Sequence record: ON529857.1
Length of the DNA stretch: 64,000 bases
Direction: 5' to 3' (one strand)
Positions 44,086-49,460 of this stretch are shown here, in pieces. Under the pieces are notes generated by a model, which was not told where the DNA came from, did no database searches, and saw only the letters and a program-made list of their open reading frames with translations. The stretch's first letter is position 1. Every line of letters starts with the position of its first letter. Both the position numbers and the translations under genes were made by a program.

Positions 44086-44171
44086 TGGTGCCCGCCCCCG
44101 GACTCGAACCGGGACGCCACAAGGGCCACGCCTTTTGAGGACGCTGCGTCTACCTTTCCGTCCAGACGGGC
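44086..44171 (-). tRNA. tRNA-Leu(CAA)
   Basis: Loop CTCAAAA, class II arm, CCA. Confidence 0.88.
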
Positions 44172-44181
44172 TTGAGAAAGA

Positions 44182-44267
44182 TGGTGCGGGCGAGAGGATT
44201 CGAACCTCCCCGGCACAAGGCCACGGGCATCTGAAGCCCGCGCGGCTACCAGCTTCGCCACGCCCGC
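44182..44267 (-). tRNA. tRNA-Leu(CAG)
   Basis: Loop TTCAGAT, class II arm, CCA. Confidence 0.9.
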
Positions 44268-44271
44268 ACTT

Positions 44272-44353
44272 TGGAGAACCACGGTGGAGTCGAACCACTT
44301 GCGCCTGGATTAAAAGTCCAATCCCGGCCACCCGGATTTAACGCTCGTGGTCC
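44272..44353 (-). tRNA. tRNA-Lys(TTT), enlarged D region
   Basis: Loop CTTTTAA, T-arm, CCA; ~25 nt between acceptor and anticodon stems. Confidence 0.75.
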
Positions 44354-44368
44354 TTGATTCTCAAATAT

Positions 44369-44455
44369 TGGAGGATATGGTGGGACTCGAACCCACGATG
44401 GACTTTCGTCAGAGGATTAAGAGCCCTCCCCTCTCGCCGCTGAGGTGACATATCC
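44369..44455 (-). tRNA. tRNA-Lys(CTT) with long variable arm
   Basis: Loop CTCTTAA; variable arm TGACGAAAGTCCATC; CCA. Confidence 0.8.
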
Positions 44456-44494
44456 GCTTAAACTGTATAGCGTCTCCATGAAGACTGTTGTTGA

Positions 44495-44565
44495 TGGTGC
44501 CAGCGGAGCGGGATCGCACCCTCCTCCAACCACTACGAAAGGCTGGTCCTCCTAGAGGCGCCGGC
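44495..44565 (-). tRNA. Atypical tRNA-Thr(CGT), minimal D-arm
   Basis: Acceptor GCCGGCG/CGCTGGC, D-arm CCTC-TAG-GAGG, loop centred on CGT, variant T-loop, CCA. Confidence 0.6.
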
Positions 44566-44573
44566 GTTGTTTT

Positions 44574-44644
44574 TGGTGCCAAGAGTGGGAGTCAAACCCA
44601 CCCTGAACCCCTACCACGGGCTCGTCCGGTCACCCGGCCTTGGC
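44574..44644 (-). tRNA. Atypical tRNA-Thr(GGT), minimal D-arm
   Basis: Acceptor GCCAAGG/TCTTGGC, arm AGCCC-GTGGTAG-GGGTT, T-loop TTTGACT, CCA. Confidence 0.62.
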
Positions 44645-44651
44645 GTTATCC

Positions 44652-44726
44652 TGGTCAGAGCGGGAGGGATTGAACCTCCGACCCCTGCCTTCCCGAGACA
44701 GTGCGCTACCCCTGCGCTACGCTCTG
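44652..44726 (-). tRNA. tRNA-Pro(GGG), C33
   Basis: C1-G72 pair, loop TCGGGAA, CCA. Confidence 0.85.
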
Positions 44727-44729
44727 ATC

Positions 44730-44804
44730 TGGTCTGGGCCGAGGGGATCGAACCCCCGTCCTCCGGCTCCCAAAGCCGGCGCCTAACCGCTCGGCCAGAC
44801 CCAG
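44730..44804 (-). tRNA. tRNA-Pro(TGG)
   Basis: Loop TTTGGGA, CCA. Confidence 0.88.
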
Positions 44805-44823
44805 ACTGTTGTTAAGGAATGAA

Positions 44824-44901
44824 TGGTCTGCGTATCAGGATTTGAACCTGAGACCCCCGCGCTCCGAAGGCGGTACTCTGACCAGGCTGAGCTATACGCA
44901 G
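44824..44901 (-). tRNA. tRNA-Pro(CGG)
   Basis: Loop TTCGGAG, CCA. Confidence 0.88.
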
Positions 44902-44906
44902 ATGTG

Positions 44907-44945
44907 AAAAACGAAAAGGCCCCAAAGGCGATGCGCCTGGGGCCT
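44907..44945 (-). terminator. Intrinsic terminator (attenuator) ahead of tRNA operon 2
   Basis: AGGCCCCA-GGCG-CAT-CGCC-TT-TGGGGCCT followed by TTTCGTTTTT; ends 5 nt before tRNA-Pro. Confidence 0.88.
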
Positions 44946-45015
44946 AAAACAGCTGCTGATTTGGGAGTTCAGCAGGTGATCGGCCCCTCGGGCGCCTCAC
45001 CTGCTGCGAGAGACC

Positions 45016-45153
45016 TTAGATGGTCTCCGTTGCAGAGGTGACGCCACCGGTGGTGGGGGATTTCGGCGACAGCGTGGCCGGCGCATGGGCGAGCGTCGAC
45101 AGCGCCGTAGCGGCGGTCGAATGAAGGCTCAGCTTGTGCGACAACTTGGTCAC
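45016..45153 (-). CDS. Leader peptide 2 (45 aa): MTKLSHKLSLHSTAATALSTLAHAPATLSPKSPTTGGVTSATETI
   Basis: Not in the ORF track. AAGGA 8 nt before GTG; residues 2-35 use only T, K, L, S, H, A and P. Confidence 0.88.
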   Translation of the reverse strand: MTKLSHKLSLHSTAATALSTLAHAPATLSPKSPTTGGVTSATETI

Positions 45154-45201
45154 GAGAGAAATCCTTAGAAGGAAGGGCGCCGAAACGCGATTGAAGTCTC
45201 A

Positions 45202-45230
45202 CCTTTACAGCAAGCTTTTCCGCTTGTCAA
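45202..45230 (-). promoter_or_regulatory. Sigma70-type promoter of tRNA operon 2
   Basis: TTGACA-N17-TAAAGG. Confidence 0.75.
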
Positions 45231-45305
45231 GCAAAGATCGAATTTTATTTCGAGGGCCGCCCCTCACGACGGTTTATGTCAGAGTTCCCGACACACGTCA
45301 ATCTG

Positions 45306-45353
45306 AAAAAGAGATGCGCGCGGCCTCGGGGGAGCGGGAAGGCCGCGCGCATC
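45306..45353 (-). terminator. Intrinsic terminator insulating the operon 2 promoter
   Basis: 14-bp stem GATGCGCGCGGCCT/AGGCCGCGCGCATC followed by TCTTTTT. Confidence 0.85.
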
Positions 45354-45356
45354 GGG

Positions 45357-45644
45357 TCACACCGGCCTCGGGGACGGGGCGGCCGGATCGGGAACATCGC
45401 GGTGTTCGGGGAGGCCACGATGATTCTTCTGGAGCAGCTCACGCAGAGGCGGGACCGGAACCGGCCCATAGATCACCTCGACGACACGGCGCCGGATTTT
45501 TCGGGTAGTCGGGAGGGGGACGCCGCGCCGAATCAATTCAGCGCCGGCCGCCGAACTCGACAGCGATCCTGACAGATAGATGTCCAGAAGCGCCGATGTC
45601 GGCATGGCGCACATGCGTTGCGCGCGACGGGGATTATGGCCCAT
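45357..45644 (-). CDS. Basic hypothetical protein
   Basis: GGAGA before MGHNPRR; followed by a terminator. Confidence 0.5.
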   Translation of the reverse strand: MGHNPRRAQRMCAMPTSALLDIYLSGSLSSSAAGAELIRRGVPLPTTRKIRRRVVEVIYGPVPVPPLRELLQKNHRGLPEHRDVPDPAAPSPRPV

Positions 45645-45743
45645 AGGGTCTCTCCAAGCTGGGTTAGCCCAGGCGGAGGACACGCCTAATGGTTCAGACG
45701 CTGTGTGGCGTCCATCCGCCTGGGTTCATCAGCGGGAGAGGAA

Positions 45744-45938
45744 TCAGGGGGTGTCGGGTTTGGTCGGCGAGAACACCGAAACAACCGCGTCGAGCGCCCG
45801 CTTGAGGCGATTGGGACGCTGGGTCAGCGCCGAGGCGCAAACCTTCTTGATCTCGTCATGGGTCAAAGAGCCGGGGTCGCGCAATCCGCGCGCGGCGATC
45901 GACGCTACAGGGGCGGAGGTGACTTCCTGGCGAGACAT
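45744..45938 (-). CDS. Hypothetical protein (64 aa)
   Basis: Follows tRNA-Asp; AAGGA upstream. Confidence 0.55.
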   Translation of the reverse strand: MSRQEVTSAPVASIAARGLRDPGSLTHDEIKKVCASALTQRPNRLKRALDAVVSVFSPTKPDTP

Positions 45939-45954
45939 GACGTAAAGAAATCCT

Positions 45955-46029
45955 TGGCGAGCCTAACGGGAGTTGAACCCGTCTTTCCAGCGTGACAGGC
46001 TGGTGTCCTAACCGATAGACGATAGGCCC
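45955..46029 (-). tRNA. tRNA-Asp(GTC)
   Basis: Loop CTGTCAC, G73, CCA. Confidence 0.93.
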
Positions 46030-46057
46030 TTTCCAGGGATGACGGTCTAGGAGGTGT

Positions 46058-46135
46058 TGGCACAGCCGACGGGGGTCGAACCCGCATTATCCTGCTTGAA
46101 AGGCAGGTTTCCTAGTCCATTTAGAAGACGGCTGC
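46058..46135 (-). tRNA. tRNA-Glu(TTC)
   Basis: Loop CTTTCAA, G73, CCA. Confidence 0.9.
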
Positions 46136-46169
46136 ACAGAACACGAGCCGACCTCTACGAGTACCGCTT

Positions 46170-46235
46170 TTAGGCGGTGCGCGTATCTCGGCCCGTGAAG
46201 GCCTCTCGCTCTCGAATGGACGTCAGGTAGGTCAT
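46170..46235 (-). CDS. Candidate leader peptide 3 (21 aa, leaderless): MTYLTSIREREAFTGRDTRTA
   Basis: ATG 7 nt after the -10 element, the same geometry as leader 1; ends ~35 nt before tRNA-Glu. Confidence 0.55.
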   Translation of the reverse strand: MTYLTSIREREAFTGRDTRTA

Positions 46236-46242
46236 AACGGGA

Positions 46243-46271
46243 CTATTAACAGAATCGCTTTTCGGTGTCAA
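46243..46271 (-). promoter_or_regulatory. Sigma70-type promoter of the Glu/Asp tRNA unit
   Basis: TTGACA-N17-TAATAG. Confidence 0.7.
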
Positions 46272-46441
46272 GAACGACGTCGATCTTTTCGTCGTTTTTC
46301 TTCGGGGACGTCTTCACCAGGCTCTTCCCTAGCATCCCACGCCATCATCAAGGCGACGGCGAAGGCTGGACCCATATCCGCTTCCAGACGGCGCAAAGCC
46401 CGGTCGTTGGCTTGCATGAAGGTCTCGCTGTATTCGAGCAT
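46268..46441 (-). CDS. Small hypothetical protein
   Basis: GAGG before MLEYSETF; start moved from 46579. Confidence 0.45.
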   Translation of the reverse strand: MLEYSETFMQANDRALRRLEADMGPAFAVALMMAWDAREEPGEDVPEEKRRKDRRRS

Positions 46442-46579
46442 GTCGTCCTCGGATGAACAGGGGCCGACTTCAGCGCTCACCGTTTGCCGGGTTGCGCCTG
46501 GGCGGAAGCAGCGCACCAATCCTGCTCGACTGGCCCGGCCCCTCCATCCCTTTCTGTCAGGTTTGACGACAATCGTCAA

Positions 46580-46889
46580 TGTGGAAATGCGGCGGTTACA
46601 GCTTCAACCAGCCCATGAGGGCCTGTGGGTCTTTCGGGCGTCCTGCCCCGCCGCGCCTACTACGACGCCTTTTTCGGCCCCGGAGAACCGGAGAGGGTAA
46701 AATCGACGGGTGACCGCTACCGGCCTCGCCTGCTGGCCCGTCCCAGCGCCCAACCTCTCCGCGCAGCGCCCCTGTGGGCATATGGCCTTCCCGTCCGAAG
46801 ACAGACGCCATGCGGTGGTGGCAGGGCCGCTTGCCCATACACCCGCACGGCCTGGGCGGGGAGAGAAGCAGAGGCGAACCCCGGAAGGA
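46580..46889 (-). ncRNA. Possible structured ncRNA (~310 nt) directly after tRNA-Gly
   Basis: No convincing ORF; nested helices CGGAGAGG/CCTCTCCG and GACGGG/CCCGTC, and CCCCGCC/GGCGGGG closing the domain. Confidence 0.4.
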
Positions 46890-46964
46890 TGGAGCGACCG
46901 GCGGGGATCGAACCCGCGCATGTCAGGGTGGAAACCTGATGCCTTTCCGCTTGGCTACGGTCGC
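46890..46964 (-). tRNA. tRNA-Gly(TCC)
   Basis: Loop TTTCCAC, U73, CCA. Confidence 0.9.
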
Positions 46965-46974
46965 GAAAATAAAA

Positions 46975-47050
46975 TGGAGCGTCCAGTGAGAATCGAACTC
47001 ACCCCTACGCGTTGGCAACGCGCTGTACCCACCAATAATACGTTGGACGC
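46975..47050 (-). tRNA. tRNA-Gly(GCC)
   Basis: Loop TTGCCAA, U73, CCA. Confidence 0.88.
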
Positions 47051-47060
47051 AAAGTAAAGA

Positions 47061-47136
47061 TGGCGCCGGACAAGGGACTCGAACCCTTCACACACAGTTT
47101 TGGAGACCGCTGCTCTACCCCATGAGCTAGACCGAC
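47061..47136 (-). tRNA. tRNA-Trp(CCA)
   Basis: Loop CTCCAAA, G73, CCA. Confidence 0.9.
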
Positions 47137-47144
47137 AGGTATCT

Positions 47145-47696
47145 TTACTTAAATCTTTTAGCCAGAAACTCCATCACACGTTGCGGTGTAGTTTCGTCAG
47201 CTTTTACGCGAAAGTCAATACGCCCTTCCAACAATTCCAACAACTGTAGATCGATTTCCCTGGCTTCGGCCTCATTGTGATGCCGGCCATAGGTCTGATA
47301 GGCGCCGTCTGGGCGCTCCAACCAGATGTTGACGTTGTCGTAGAGATCAAACCGCTCAAACACCTCCCGATGGAAGGCATCCGTTCGATAAGGCCCGGAG
47401 CTGTAGATGCAACTCAGCAGCAGCGGACTATCGGTGACGATCCAATCGACCTGGCCCAGCATGCGACGCTGTCGCCGTTCTTGTTCCTCCAGCACCTTGC
47501 GCTGGTTCGACAAGGAATCGAAATCCCGGTCGAACGAACACTCAGTCGCGTATTCTTCGATCTGGGCCGCCCTGGCCCCATTGATCTTCAGATGAAAGAA
47601 GGTTCCTGCCTTGACGGTAGATTTACCCGAGCACGGCCCTCCCCAAAAGTTCAACACGCGCGTAGGTGTAGACGAGCCCATGCGAAGGACTTTCAT
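47145..47696 (-). CDS. P-loop nucleotide kinase (AAA_28/NadR-like)
   Basis: NFWGGPCSGKST Walker A, IEEYA and VTDSPLLL motifs. Confidence 0.8.
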   Translation of the reverse strand: MKVLRMGSSTPTRVLNFWGGPCSGKSTVKAGTFFHLKINGARAAQIEEYATECSFDRDFDSLSNQRKVLEEQERRQRRMLGQVDWIVTDSPLLLSCIYSSGPYRTDAFHREVFERFDLYDNVNIWLERPDGAYQTYGRHHNEAEAREIDLQLLELLEGRIDFRVKADETTPQRVMEFLAKRFK

Positions 47697-47739
47697 CAAA
47701 GACAGATTTTACAGATAGGCGCGCGACCGCGCCGTGCGG

Positions 47740-48012
47740 TCAGCTACGCCAGGGCGCGTCGTCGTCATCCGAGACAGTGTCTTCGGATGCGCGACGCCGA
47801 CGACCTCGCCCTCGGGCGGGTTCCGGCTCCAGCGCTTCGATCTCCGTCGGCTCTTCATCGGTCGGATCGACCGTTTCCACCGTCGGGGTGACTTCCACGC
47901 GAGTCCACGGCGTGCGCGACCAGCCTTGCTCCAGGACAAGCTTCTGCGCCTTCGACGGAGTAACGTCGAAGGGCTCGCAAAGGTCAGGAGAATAGACGCG
48001 TTCGGTAGCCAT
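47740..48012 (-). CDS. Small acidic hypothetical protein
   Basis: Own promoter directly upstream; VYSP...LV...GWS N-terminus resembles 62548..63012. Confidence 0.7.
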   Translation of the reverse strand: MATERVYSPDLCEPFDVTPSKAQKLVLEQGWSRTPWTRVEVTPTVETVDPTDEEPTEIEALEPEPARGRGRRRRASEDTVSDDDDAPWRS

Positions 48013-48020
48013 GATCGAGC

Positions 48021-48049
48021 ACTTTATACGAAGACTTGGCCTTCGTCAA
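48021..48049 (-). promoter_or_regulatory. Sigma70-type promoter
   Basis: TTGACG-N17-TAAAGT. Confidence 0.65.
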
Positions 48050-48057
48050 GAATTACG

Positions 48058-48855
48058 TCATTCAATAGGCGTCGACCATCGCATCAACGTGACGCGGGTG
48101 GATACGGGTGAAGATTCAAAATCGGACTGAACGGACAAATTCTGAAAATTGATCCCACCCGGTTCGTCCAAAGCGCCCGCGCGTTTTCTCGCTTCGAATT
48201 GGAGCGCGCCGTTCCCCGCGAGATAGGCTCCCGCCTGCACGCGCACGGCGTTCACCGTCGCGTAGGTCATGGCGGAGGCTCCCCACGTCACCCCATAGTA
48301 GAATCCCCGCGTCAAGGTGAACCCCACAGAGACGCTGTTGAAGGCGTTCATCAAAGGCTGCTCAATCCGCACCTGAATCACCGAACGCAGGTCGGCGTCA
48401 AAAATCCCCAGGATCATCGGACCCGCAACGCCTTGATCGCGCACGAAGGCGCCGATCCGGTCCATCAACACCCGTTCACTGGCGATGAAAAACCGCTCGG
48501 CCAAGACCGTCCCTGGCGTATAGGTCACGTCGGACCCGGCGCCCAGAATGCGCACGCCGGGCGCGCCGGCTGCATTCTGCCCCGTGGGATGATCCACATC
48601 CACCCGACCCTTGACGACCGACGACGGCGTCAGCTTCGGCTGCCATTTCGGCCCTTCCGCCGTTCTCACCAGAGGCGCGCCCGAAAAGGCGCCATCGGCA
48701 GGGGCGGCGGCCCGCCATTGCGCCAGATGAATCGATTGGACCCGTCCTTCAGCGCGGAAATAGAAAAGCTCGTCGGCGGCGTTCACCGCCACCGCACCGG
48801 GCACCAGATTCGGTGTCGCGCCGGGCGTATCGGAGTGTTTGTTTTGCAAGCCCAT
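48058..48855 (-). CDS. Fibre-associated protein with Mtd_N-like N-terminus
   Basis: TPNLVPGAVAVNAADELFYF motif; the C-terminal half resembles the end of the 2380-aa protein. Confidence 0.7.
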   Translation of the reverse strand: MGLQNKHSDTPGATPNLVPGAVAVNAADELFYFRAEGRVQSIHLAQWRAAAPADGAFSGAPLVRTAEGPKWQPKLTPSSVVKGRVDVDHPTGQNAAGAPGVRILGAGSDVTYTPGTVLAERFFIASERVLMDRIGAFVRDQGVAGPMILGIFDADLRSVIQVRIEQPLMNAFNSVSVGFTLTRGFYYGVTWGASAMTYATVNAVRVQAGAYLAGNGALQFEARKRAGALDEPGGINFQNLSVQSDFESSPVSTRVTLMRWSTPIE

Positions 48856-49460
48856 CAGATGATCCCGAACAAGATAGGATAGGCGACCTCACCGGCGGTC
48901 CAATCGACGTAACCGGACAAGGTTTCCAACGTCATGGCGGGCGCAGTCACCTCCAAGCGGTAATGACCCGGATCGAGCGTCAAAATCACGGGAACCGCAA
49001 CGGCGCCAACCAGGGGGATGTAGATCGTGCGGCTGTAGAAGATGTCCTCACCACGATAGATGTCGACCTTGACGTCACCGACGCCGGCGAGACTGCGCGC
49101 CCTCAACTGGGTGACGTCGAGGACCTCATTCACCAGCAAGGGAGCCACGAACGGCGTATCGAGGATACGAGAAGAGACCGAGACCGGGGTCAGCCCAGGC
49201 ACGCGCCACGGAGCCGGATCGCGTTCTACGCCGCCCGACCCGCCTTCCAGGTAGCCGATCTCAGCGATGCCCGTCTCCTGATACAAATAGACTTCGCTGG
49301 ACGCATTCTCCTTTCGAGGCGCCAGGGCCACCCGATCCAATGGCACCGAGACGCGACCGCGCAAAGTCACCATCTCCAGCACCCCGTCCGAGCCGATCGC
49401 CAGCTCTCCCGGCGCGAGGTCCGGAGCGCTGATAGGCTTGTGTTTAACGATCGGTCGCAT
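48855..49460 (-). CDS. Fibre-associated protein with Mtd_N-like N-terminus
   Basis: APDLAPGELAIGSDGVL motif; TGATG coupling on both sides. Confidence 0.7.
   Translation of the reverse strand: MRPIVKHKPISAPDLAPGELAIGSDGVLEMVTLRGRVSVPLDRVALAPRKENASSEVYLYQETGIAEIGYLEGGSGGVERDPAPWRVPGLTPVSVSSRILDTPFVAPLLVNEVLDVTQLRARSLAGVGDVKVDIYRGEDIFYSRTIYIPLVGAVAVPVILTLDPGHYRLEVTAPAMTLETLSGYVDWTAGEVAYPILFGII

Noticed and set aside
46490-46530. GGAAGCAGC SRP-like motif on the plus strand
   Set aside because: The helix-8 context (AGG...GNRA) is missing and it is opposite to the local transcription direction.
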